In this document: piece by piece, positions 1 to 11,218 of the stretch | Numbering within the stretch: the first letter of the stretch is position 1 | How the letters are laid out: every line of letters starts with the position of its first letter | Source of the DNA: Pseudovirgaria hyperparasitica | Lineage: Eukaryota | Assembly (NCBI GenBank): GCA_010093815.1 | Contig: ML996572.1 | Strand: one strand, 5' to 3' | DNA: 64,000 bases | Notes under the pieces: model-generated | What the model saw: the letters and a program-made list of their open reading frames with translations, nothing else | Told to the model about the DNA's origin: nothing | Database searches by the model: none | Translations under genes and position numbers: made by a program

Positions 1-749
1 CCGAGTCCAAGCTCCAAGTCGATATAAGGCGGTGAGATAGAATTGGTTGCTAGCCAAACAGCAGGTAGCAAGCTTTCCGGATCTCCCACAATAATGGTTC
101 TGAGGAGATTTACAAGGGTATCAACAATCTTGATGCGACTCTGCGTGCTGTTGACCAAGATAAAACACCTTGTCAAGAGAGCATAGGTGGCACTGCCATT
201 CTCTGGAGCCCAAAGATCTTTCAACTGGGGCACATACTTTGAGGGCTCAAAAATCAATGGACTTTCATCAAAGGGAATGGTGTTCGTGATCGTGTCCTCT
301 GTTGCGCTTGCTGATTGTAGCGACAATGTTTGTTTTGCCGTTGCCCCTGGTCGGAATGAAAATGATTGCTTTGCGACCTCCTGTGGTGATTTTTTATCGT
401 CCATACCATCAATCGTGCTAGATGTGGTGTCATCAAGGGGATATGAAGGCGCATCAGCGTTTTGTGCGCGCTGTTCGGTCTGATTCTCGCGATCGAATTC
501 CTCTTGCAGCTTCCGTGCAAGCTGCTCGTCCGTCAGCTCTTCGTGGTTGGCGTCCTCTATGACCGACTGATTCCGTTCTTCATTAACCAATGTTTCGAAG
601 CCGCCAGTCATGCCACCTTCGTCCCTTGACCTTTGCACATCATTTGCAGGAAGGGATCTTTGCTTTCCGAAGAAGTAGTCGAGACTTCTGACCTGGGGCT
701 TTGGTTCGGCATCATCTTTCTTCTTTCTCTTCTTCGCTGGACTACTCAT
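1..749 (-). CDS. ATP-dependent DNA ligase I-like protein (fungal second ligase-I paralog, S. pombe Adl1 type), 5' part; runs off the left window edge
   Basis: Not in the ORF track because it has no stop in the window. Manual translation from ATG 749 gives MSSPAKKRKKK...VRSLDYFFGKQ...DEQLARKLQEEFDRE...IPFDESPLIFEPSKY...YALLTRCFILVNSTQSRIKIVDTLVNLLRTIIVGDPESLLPAVWLATNSISPPYIDLELGLG, which matches the DNA ligase I DNA-binding domain (ELGLG). Confidence 0.9.
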   Translation of the reverse strand, partial: MSSPAKKRKKKDDAEPKPQVRSLDYFFGKQRSLPANDVQRSRDEGGMTGGFETLVNEERNQSVIEDANHEELTDEQLARKLQEEFDRENQTEQRAQNADAPSYPLDDTTSSTIDGMDDKKSPQEVAKQSFSFRPGATAKQTLSLQSASATEDTITNTIPFDESPLIFEPSKYVPQLKDLWAPENGSATYALLTRCFILVNSTQSRIKIVDTLVNLLRTIIVGDPESLLPAVWLATNSISPPYIDLELGL

Positions 750-3700
750 TACTGCTTTGACCAAACATCTCACATCGAATTCCTGACGATGGTATGCGTG
801 TCGCGGTCGCGTCCGGGTGCGTCATGGATGACAGAGCACAGACTAGCATAAACTAGATGAATTGGGTTAGGATATGCTGCCATTTACGGTCTAGCGCAGT
901 ACAATCCTAAGGGTTTGTGCAGGTTTCAACGTCGAACTTACTCTTCACATCGACGTATCATCTTATTTAGTTCTTAAACTTCATATAAATCTCTTACTCA
1001 GCTTATTAGATTCGAACGACTCTAACGAAACCCAAGCTCATCGGACGAGACGATCGTCATCAAGTAGCGCGGTAGAAATGATGCCATTGAACTCGATGAA
1101 GCTCATTCATATATGAAAACAGAAGGTTTTAAGCGTGTCCACCAACTCGGCTCAAAATGTACAAGGTTACAAAAGATCTCATAGCAGTATTGATCAAGTT
1201 TTATCTCGACCATAGTTGCCATGTCCTCTCTCATTTTTTCCATACTTTTGTCTATGATCTGAGATATTTCTCCAGTCATACATAGTAATAATAAAGCTTA
1301 CTACCGACGTCATTGTATCGGAGTCCTGTCGATCATCTATCCAGGTTAGGTCGTTCTCATCTATCTTCCCTCTTGGACACATCAAGCAATTTTCAACGAA
1401 TCTGTAGTCCTCGTAGCGTCATTAACATCAAGGCTTTTCTGTCAGGTGTCGGACAAGCCCAACGTTGTGGATATTTACAAAGCCTTACCGCATATGTCTG
1501 CGCTGTTACCCTTGCTCAGTCAAAAGCGAACACTCTCGTCGTACATATCTCAAGCAGAGGCGTGCTGCATTATCACCCAATTTGTACAGGGATGCGATAT
1601 CTCTCTTTAACAATGACCCAACAGAATACGAGAGAAACACGCCTACGTGACCTACCCGGACACTCCGGGCTCACTTACAAAAGATCGGACTCATTCTGCT
1701 TCGAAACTCCTGATCACCACTGCCAGCAAAGTCAATCATATTCCAACTCTACAGGCGACAGATATCAGACCATTATGCTTCTCTGATCGACTGCGTGCAC
1801 GTATTGATCTCTTGCGGCGCACAGCAGATTCATCCTCTACAAAAAGAGAAATTGCAAAAGTGCCCATGATGACGTTTGCATGAGCAGACAGTGATTGTCA
1901 TTATTGTCGTGTGCTGACGATGACTTTTATCACATCAACATAGCATCGCAAGATTTCAGATATAGAAACCTTCCGAAGAAGCACAACACGCTAGCTGCTA
2001 GTCCAGAGGGACGTAAATCATACATTCAATGCTTTTGAGGCGTCAACAACCATGTACCCGGCGGCCGACCTTATTGTCGAGTATAATGCTGAGAGTGAAG
2101 AGAGGGGCTTAACCTCAGATATCAATCAGCTTTTATAGAGAAGTCTGCTGGGCTCACAAGTATATACGTCAGTGAATGCACTTCTCCCCAGCACAGCAGC
2201 TACCCGCCACACGATATTAAGGCAACAAGATCTACCCGGCGACACCTAGACCCAGATATAAAAGTTGAGGCTTACGGCATTGGAACCTTTCTTTCTCACC
2301 CACCGCGATCCCATTGCAAATTGAAGTCCTACGCGGTTATAGAATCATTCTGCGCGTTGTGTATCAAAATATGGATCTACCATGTTCTCCTTGAACACCT
2401 ATTGTCCCGATCACTCAGCGCAGCGTCAGAATTCATGCGGCTGCGCCGCAGTATGGGGACACTTTGGCAGAGTCAATATCTACCCCTTACCCGAGAGGTG
2501 TCGTCATTGCATATATATACGGGCACTCTACATGGCCTTCCGCAATGTCTGCGTCCACTGCTTGTGATGATTTCTCTGTATGAGGAATGATTGGTTGACG
2601 GATCAATATGCTGTTGCGGTAATGATGAGTACCATGGGTGTCCTCGCGTGATACTCATCGAAGTCTCTCTTGGTTGATAAAGAGAGCCGTCAACGCATGA
2701 GACGCATGATGCACACTGTATCTGGCATTCACTGCATGATTATGTTCAGCATCAAGCGCGGTGTTGGTGGACTTACACGTTGACGTCTTACTCTAGCAGC
2801 TCTCTCCCATGAGCCATGACCCATCCAGATCACATTCACAGTGACAAGACCAGCGTAGTGACATATTGACACCACTTACCCGGCAAGCCTGTTATCTTAC
2901 ATATATCGGCCTCTTATTTCAACTCCCCTTTTCCTCCCCTTTTCCTCCCCTTCTCCTTCTCCATTCCTCTAGGACTTTTCAGCCAACCAAAGACCGTATG
3001 CATCAGATTTCGATGCGTACCACGGTAGAGAAGATCCGATAGTGTGTCTTGTGTTCGCGTCTGCTTTGGAATCAGGATTCGTGCCGAAATATCATCAATA
3101 ATGATCATCATCAACGATGCGAGACAGTCATGTGCATCACCACTTTGAGGAGACTGTCGGGTTCATCTTCAGGGTCTACGTCCGATGACTGGGCTTCTAG
3201 GAAAGTTCTGTGACACGGGAGTGAAGACGCGCTTGTTGGGTTGGCAGTCAGTGGCAACATACAACAACCTCGCCCTGCAGAAAGGTCACATCATCAATGC
3301 CCGGCAAAGCATCGACCAGGTATCTTACCCGGCAGGCACTTCTGAAAACCCATATAACCGCCTCTGCTCTCATCATTTTCCTATTCTTCCTATACTTCTT
3401 GACACTCTCATATAATTGCTGAAGAAATGCTTGAACATGCGTCTTGCGCGAAACCTACGCAAATCTCGAAATATGTCTCGCTCCTTTGTCATCCTAACCG
3501 CAAATGGCTGTCTGTGAGGACTAAAGACCATAACGAAGACCATCACCATCGCGTGACAAGGGAGAGCACCGGAACCAAGGCAATTGTTCTGCTCTATTCG
3601 TACACTGAGACAGCTTATCTACAAAACGCTATATCTACTAAGAGCAGCGCCAGTGAATAGTCCTAACCAACACACCTTTAAGACGGAAACGCAGTGAGAT

Positions 3701-4726
3701 AACAACTTACCCTACAGTTCCAGCACACATATACAAACACACATCAATCTCCTATATCCTCTTCTGTTCAATACACACAGAGTGATTGATTGAGCCAAAA
3801 CCAAAGCACAATTCAGGTGTTAACTCTACCTTCCTGATCAAGTCATGTACGCGGTCTGGACTGGAAGAAAGATCTAGCATGTGCGATCTGCTACCTTGTC
3901 CAGGCAAGCTTGTGTTGTACACATCTAATCGATGATAGTGCTTGTTATATGCGTGCGATGATATGCATCATCATTGTGAACAGATATAAGGTTAGAGTCC
4001 TGAAGCATGTATAGGGCGAGGACATGAAGCACACTGTATTCTTCCATTACACGTGGCCAGCACTCCATAGAGGCCGCACCCTTACGTAGACTAGATATTG
4101 CTCTGTCTGTATCAAATAGCATAATAGCGAGAGGATATGAAAGTCGACGCTAGGTGTTGTTCTTGTTAATGATGTCCGGACACCACATGCATGACTCTCT
4201 ATCTGACCGTGTTGAGAAGCTCGGTGACGAAGAACAAGACAGCGTCAATCAGTGCGCGGATGACGTTGTTTCATTGAGAGTGTGAATCACACTCATGTTC
4301 TTGAGCGAGTGCATTGGTGGTGTGAAGCTGATCTTTGTGAGCTTGTTGAATGTTGCAAGCAAACTACAGTAATTACACGCTCCATGTAAGGTGTTCACAA
4401 TGCATGTAGACACCGAAATTAACGCACTGTAAAGAAGTGAAAGTATGGGGATCGTGAATGTTCAAGTTGCGCCTGAGGCACGTGCATTGGAGATTATCGT
4501 GGTAGGAGATACATAACAAGACTGTCTAAAGTTGCGATAAAAACGGACGCCTGGTTGACGGCAGGCGAATCGCAAAACAAACTCCAAGGCGAACCCAAAT
4601 GCGAGCAAGCAAGCAAAATCGCTAGAGACTTGCAGAAACCCAACTGCTCAATGCGCCGACAGTCAACGTATATGGAAAAAGATTCGTTCGCAGCGCGGCA
4701 CGATATGCCACAGCATAACCGTGTAT

Positions 4727-5302
4727 TTAAACGCCCTTTATGGCAACGGTCCTCTCGGAATTGAGCTTATCGGCATTTTGTTGATGGCATTCCTTCTTGC
4801 AGTCTTCCAGACCAGAACATTTGTGGTCCTCCAGCAGCCGGTGCCTGCCGCAAAAGTGCCCGGAGCAAAAGCCGCAATCGCCGACTATCCGTTGGGCAGC
4901 GTCTTTGCACTCCTTGAACGAGCACCGGATCTTCTTTGGCGCTCCGCCGCGCAAAGGCATCGCAAGGTGTAACGTTGAATCCCGAGTTATTGAGCACTCT
5001 GCTAAGCTTGGGTCTGACTTGGCGGATGTTATCAGGTGCTTGCCGGCGTGCACGAGGCGGAGGTCTTGCGCTGGGAGGTTTGTTCGCAGTGCGATAAGTT
5101 GACGAAGCGTCGAGATTGATGTTGACGAAGGTACGGTGATTGGCAACGCTGTAGTGCTGTTAGTTGCTGCAAGAGATGGCAAGGTCTAGAATGGCGTACT
5201 GTCACCAGTGATGGTCTTGACGAAGATCTGCATGGTGTCATCCATATCCGAGCATGCCGAGGAGAGCGATGTGATGGAATTGGACCTGGAGAAGGAGTGC
5301 AT
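4727..5302 (-). CDS. Ubiquitin-like domain + AN1-type zinc finger protein (ZFAND4/ANUBL1-like architecture)
   Basis: Exon 1 MHSFSRS...MQIFVKTITGD, intron 5149-5199 (GTACGC...CTAAC...CAG), exon 2 TLPITV...RLVHAGKHL...STLHLAMPLRGG followed by AN1 motif CSFKEC...CGFCSGHFCGRHRLLEDHKC. Alternative starts at 5245 and 5233. Confidence 0.9.
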
Positions 5303-7223
5303 CTTGAAGAGTCTGGGTTGAGTGTAGTTGAGCTGGGTTCGGAAAGACGACGATGACGACGACGGCGAGGAGGACGAAAGAGAAGGACAGGGAGTTGAAG
5401 CAGATGTTGCAGATAAGAGGCCGGTAGATGTTAAAGCCGAGGCGCAGGTGATGACGGAGATAGATAGCGTAGGTAGATAGATAGTGAGGTAAGTAGTGTA
5501 ATGGTAGGCAGGAGGTGTGTAGAGAGTCGGGGGCGGCGCACGAGAGCAAGCGGCGAGCGAGTGGTTATAAGTGGTGGCGGATAAGGGACGACGACGACCA
5601 GGCTCAGGTGGTGACTGACACTTTGACTGAGTAATTAAGGTGGACTGTGAACTGTGGACTGGTGCAGGTGGAGTGTATTGGAGGCTAACTAGGCAAGGAC
5701 GGAGCACAGCGAAGTGGTTACGTGTCGTGACTATTGCGGAAACATGGATCTATCAGGGCTCAAGATTGTGAAGGGGCATGCTAGATGTGCGAGATGTGCT
5801 AGATCGGTCCCTCGTGATACCTTCTGAGGTTTGACTCTTTGACTCTCTGGCGCTTCCAGGGTTAGGGACGGATGGGGGACCTGGAATCCTGGATGCGCTG
5901 GGCGAGGTGCTGGGAGTGGCTGAAGCGGAAGCATGAGCATGGATGAGGCATTGCATTCCCATGGATCTCATCACCGTCTGCTTCTGGCATTTCTGCATCT
6001 CTATGCCATCACCCTCCCATGTATGTACACATCACCGAATTATACGAGTCCCCGTCACAGAACACATCACACAACACCAGATACATCGGTGTCGGTCCGT
6101 CTAGATCTAATGCTAGATGACGATTATGGCGCCTCATTCAGTCCTCATATGCTAAGCTCCGGACTTCACCCTGCCGAGCCAGGGAGAGCCAGAGCCAGAG
6201 CTAGAGCCAGGAGCCTTCTGCGAGGTTCTACCGTCTCAGGCACAAGACAATCGCTTCGGAACGGACCATGCTATTCGAAAGTTCGCTCAAACTCTGTTTC
6301 GCGTCGGCGTTTTTCCAAGTTGCAAAGTTTCCCGGGCCCATAACGATCTTTTACCGCGGCGGCTTGAACGATATCGATATAGGAACGGGAAAGGGCGAGT
6401 ATTGATCGAGACTCGAGAGTCCGATCCATGTCGACGCAGGGAGCCGCTCCGTTGTAAGACCATACAGGAACTATCCCCACATGAGGTTAGGTACCGCAGC
6501 CAGCCGGGATCCATTTCTTCCAAGTGGGATCACTATCACCTGTCTCTCTGTAGACGACAACGACAAGAGGCACGACATCGACATCGATATCGACGGCGCG
6601 GTAGTATGTAGCATGTAACTGAAGGAGACACACATTGTGACAGCCGACGAAACGCAACGCAGGCAATGTCTCAACAAATTCACCGCTGCGAGTGAGACTG
6701 GGAACGGGTACCCGATCCGTTGATCGCCCATCGCCACACAAAGTCTCCCCTCTGGTTCTGGTTCACATTTAGGGGATTAACAAGGTCCGAGGCATTGGAA
6801 GTTGAAGAAGTGAAGGTTACATTAATTCTCCGATCGACACGCCCGTGGATGGATACACCGACAACTTTGGTCGTCGCCAGTACGCCGTTCCGGGAGCCCC
6901 GAGCTGTCATGGTTGGGAGAACCCTCGCAGGCGACGATCAATCAACTGGTGTTCTGTGCTCTCCTCACACGCGATACGCTTGCTACAAAGACACAAAGCC
7001 ATTCACGCCCAGCCAATCTCCGGTCTACTGCTGTGTTTGTCGCAGAAAGCTTTATTCCAACGTCACGTGCCCCAGAATCGGGACTCTGTCCTAATGACTG
7101 CCTCAGGTGCCCAAAGTCGATTTCTTGACCTTGCTCCGGTACAACTCGGAACGGAGAGCTGTGGTAAATTATACAATTCTAATGTGGGAAGAAATATCGA
7201 CACGAATCTAGCCAAAGATCTCC

Positions 7224-8915
7224 TTACAGCATGGCTTTGGGAAAGCTTTTCATGGCCTGTCTTACGCCCAGATCCGCAAGAATCTCCTCTGTTCCACCGA
7301 GAATGGCATCGAACTTATATGTCCGGTTGAACATTTCAACGTGACGTCCCATACCAGTTTGTGTGATGCCGCGGCCTCCGAAGATGTTGGTAGCTTCATC
7401 GGCAATCATGTTGGCGCTGCGCGTCAAGTGAAACTTGAGCAAGCCGATGGGACCTGATAGGTGAATAGCCTGATCTTTGTAGCTCATGTTGCACATCTGA
7501 TAAGTAATCGACTCCAACCACGATTGGCCACTCTCCACATGAGCAATCATCTTTGCGAGCCTGAACATACGTCAGTCAAATGGTATTGGCAAGGTATGCA
7601 AGACTTACTTTTGCCTGATAACGGCATTCTCGATCAGCTTCTTGCCAAAGACTATGCGCTGATTGGCCCACTTCATACAATCCTCAGTTACCATTCGGAG
7701 TTGTCTAGCGGTCAGGCAAGCCATCATGAAACGCTCGTGATTGAAATTGCTCACTGTCAGCTTGTCAGCAACCTTGCACGAGAGGTAAGGGTTGCCGGGA
7801 CTTACTGATAACCTTGAAGCCTTGGTCTTCCTCACCCAGCAGATGATTTATAGGCACCTTGACGTTATCGAACTGGACGAACGTGGTAGCAGCAGCAGCA
7901 GAGTAAGCCGTCTTAATCGGACTCGTCTCCACACCTTCGCCCCTGGGAACGATGATGACTGAGAACCCTTTCTTTGTCTTACAACCAGTAACAAAGTAGT
8001 CAGAGAACATTCCACTGTCGACACGTCAGCACTTCGTCCACCCACAACATTTGCAACTAGGTTCCCATACTTGGTAATCCACTTCTTCGTCCCGGACACG
8101 ATCCAATGCTTCCCGTCTTCACTCTTCCTCGCCGTCGTCCGCAGCCCCGCAACATCGCTCCCGGCAAACGCCTCCGTGATCGCCAAACAAATCTTCTTCT
8201 TTCCACTCAAAACCTCCTCTGTTATCCTATCCTTCAACGCCTCATCTCGTGCCCACTCCCTCACCGCCGTCAGCGAGATGGTCATACCTGCTAAATTTCC
8301 GTCCATGAATCCTCTAGCATTCGCACGGACCAACTCCTGCGCCGTGACGAGGTCGTGAAGATAGTCAAATTCCTCGCCCTTGACTCCGCCAGGCAACGTG
8401 CGCCCGTGGAGATGCTTCCCAGGGCCCAATCGCATGGCCAGTATGCCGTTCGCGGCCATCTTGTCGATGAGCTCTTGACTGATATACTCGCCACTCAACT
8501 CCTTCTCCTGCGCCTCTGGCCAAACCGTACTATCCACAAACTCCCTCATCCCCTTCCGCAATTTGTGATGACTCTCCTTGAAATACGGACTCTTGAACTG
8601 CGGCCGCAGCCACAGCGGCTCGCCGTACGGTACTTGAGACAAGTCTCCAGGCGCCATGGTAATCACTTCTGCAGCCTCATTTTGCAGCGTGCCGATGCAC
8701 AGCGAGGAGTACTTCGTGAGCACCTCGTGTTTGTGCAGATTGTAGAATGCGTCCGTGGCGTCCTGTCCGGCGACTTGCTCGAGCACGATGTTACCGCCGG
8801 GGTGTGCGTCGACAAAATCGGTCAGGTCGTAGACTTTGTGGTCGATAATGCACCATAGGTCGTCCGGCTTGTCATGTGCGGAGACGGACTCGCGGGTGAG
8901 GGGTGCGGGAGCCAT
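7224..8915 (-). CDS. Acyl-CoA dehydrogenase with N-terminal cytochrome b5 heme-binding domain (4 exons)
   Basis: b5 motif KVYDLTDFVDAHPGG; ACAD motifs CLAITEAFAGSDVAGLRTTA, SGTKKWITN, SNFNHER, FGGRGITQTGMG, AILGGTEEIL. Three ORF-track pieces are joined by GT-AG introns near 8015-8070, 7756-7807 and 7561-7609. Confidence 0.93.
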
Positions 8916-9303
8916 AATTAATGGTGAATACGGGAATGCGAGTAGTAGTCGTTGTCGTATCGGGATATTAGATATACAGTAGAGTCAAAGATGCAACGAC
9001 AACGATATCACGGACCTGATGGCTCAGCAAGGATTCGAAACTACAAAAGGTTTCAAATGCATTTCTCATGGCTGGCTAGGTTATGAGAATGGTATTTGCC
9101 GAGGTCTGGGGAATCCTGGGGTATTAGTGCATGGCACAGAGCCGATGGCGCCGACGCATTTGATCACAACGGCGCTGATTGGTCGGATTATTTCGCCTTG
9201 CGAATTTCGTAGCACCGGAAAGTTCAAGGTTCGTATGACGGCAGCAGAATTTGTAAATATACAGAAACAGGGTATCGGATTCAAGATGCACACATGGTAT
9301 CGC

Positions 9304-10689
9304 TCAGTTGATTCTGCCATTCTTCTCCCACTCGTCCAGTCCGTCTCCAGCAGTCTCCAGATATCTTCGCAGCATGTTTTCTGTACTCTTTAGGTCATGA
9401 CTCTCCCTATATTCCTTGTACATTCTGTACAGCTCGAAGAATACTTCAATGGTAATCAGGATGATTATCGTCCACTCCAGACGTATGCCATGTCTCTCGC
9501 TCAGTTGCTCTCGCAAGATTCCAGCAATTTCTTGCGTGTAGTTGATCTTTTTGTTCAGCAGCTCGATGCGATCATTGATGTCCAGTGCGTGTCCAATGTC
9601 ATGATAGTACCGCTCGAGTCCTAGATCATGTCGACTATCCCAGAAGTAGTCGGGGAGAGGATCTGTCAAGTCCGAGTATAGATTCAGTTGCGCACGCAGA
9701 TTGAGAATGTCGCCAATCTTGGCGATGATGAACTTGCGCGTGAAAGGTAATTTAGTTCCTTCCGACAATTTTGCAATGATGGGCCGGGTATCGTCAAACG
9801 CAGTGTCAAGCTGATTCTCCAGCACGGCAAGCTTAGTCGAACGCGCAAGACCAGACGAGTATGCGATCTTGGCGAGCGTGGTGTCAGTTTCGCTTGCGAG
9901 GGCAATCTCGTCGGCGCTCAGTGGAGTGTCAGCAGGTTGGGCTGGTGGTTTCGTGCCGAGAAGTATGGTGTCGCCGACAATAGTGCTATTTTCGCGGCTG
10001 GGGTCTTCGAGATAATTGAACTCTTCAGTCTCCATGGGTACGGACGGGAGTCTCTTGTCTATGGCCGAGGAGAGCTTGGATTCGACGAACAATCGGCCCT
10101 CGCGAGTAGGGATGTTCCAGGTGACGACTGTACCGGAGGGAAAGATGAAAACATCACCAATATCAGTCGGTTCCTTGCCACTTTCACCAGGCACGTGCGA
10201 CAAGAAATATGTCATGCGAAAGTGCACGACTTCTCTGTGGAGTCCTGTTTGGTAGGGATCGAGAGTGTATCCTTCCCTCTGAAGTAGCCTCACAACGACG
10301 GAGAGGTTGTATTTTTCAGTAGCACAATACGCATTCACCTGTTTTGTCTCCACATCCGGGTCAATGTATCTTGTGTTTCCTCGCTTGCTTATATAGCCAT
10401 GTCGTAGACGATTCGCCGCTGCTACAGCAGGGCTGCGGAGAGATGAGGTGGCTTGCGTAACTTTGCGTGCCTTTGGCTTGCCCTTGGACTGCTCTGAGTC
10501 GCCAGTACTATGAACCTGCTCTTTCTGCGATTCTCCTTTCCACTGTGGATACGTTGTGGAGAATGCACTCTGCGGTGAGGCTTGACGTCGAATGTACAAC
10601 GCTCGCGGCTTGAAAGAAGCAGGTCTGGAACTAATGGATGTCGTCGACCGCACTAGATGTAGAATTCCATGAGGGCGAAGTGAAAACAT
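9304..10689 (-). CDS. DUF155 / Rmd1-Sif2 family protein, probably mitochondrial (Mrx10/RMND1-like)
   Basis: 461-aa single ORF; Arg/Ser-rich presequence-like N-terminus; motifs AYCATEKY, DVFIFPSGTVVTWN, SSGLARSTKL, LNLYSDLTDPLPDYFW, LDINDRIELLNKK, RLEWTIIILITIEV (C-terminal TM). Confidence 0.88.
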   Translation of the reverse strand: MFSLRPHGILHLVRSTTSISSRPASFKPRALYIRRQASPQSAFSTTYPQWKGESQKEQVHSTGDSEQSKGKPKARKVTQATSSLRSPAVAAANRLRHGYISKRGNTRYIDPDVETKQVNAYCATEKYNLSVVVRLLQREGYTLDPYQTGLHREVVHFRMTYFLSHVPGESGKEPTDIGDVFIFPSGTVVTWNIPTREGRLFVESKLSSAIDKRLPSVPMETEEFNYLEDPSRENSTIVGDTILLGTKPPAQPADTPLSADEIALASETDTTLAKIAYSSGLARSTKLAVLENQLDTAFDDTRPIIAKLSEGTKLPFTRKFIIAKIGDILNLRAQLNLYSDLTDPLPDYFWDSRHDLGLERYYHDIGHALDINDRIELLNKKINYTQEIAGILREQLSERHGIRLEWTIIILITIEVFFELYRMYKEYRESHDLKSTENMLRRYLETAGDGLDEWEKNGRIN

Positions 10690-11218
10690 CGCCAGGATGA
10701 TTGGTGTTTGGTCGTGTGTAGCATCTGCTGCTGCTTAGAGTATGTCGACTCGAGATAATGTATGCTTATTATGCAGAGTCTGCCAGGTTCTTTGACCAGA
10801 CCAGGTATCTACCTAATGGCCGTGCTTCAACAGCTTGGCAAACGATGCGCTGTCTGAGCCGAAGTGGCTGGGAATGCTCCAATCGGTATGATAACACTCG
10901 CCGATATATATGCAGATGTGCATATAGCACACAGTGTTTGCAGCGGCTCACCAATATAAGAACTGTATATTCTGTGAGAGTGATATGTTAACTGTTCTTG
11001 CGAAAGTCTTCTGAGAAACGTCAGGCACAGCTGCGGGTAAGCTTAAGCTTCAGCCAATGGATGGCTTGAGTCTAAGTGTGACGTCTCGAACCGGCTCGCA
11101 GGCTTCAACGTCAATCAACAACACGACCTGGAGCTGCTGGCGCGCGCTACAACAGATGCGCTGTGTTCCGCATAATTCTTGAGCTCTCGCGCTACAACCC
11201 GCAGCTCATGTATCCAGC

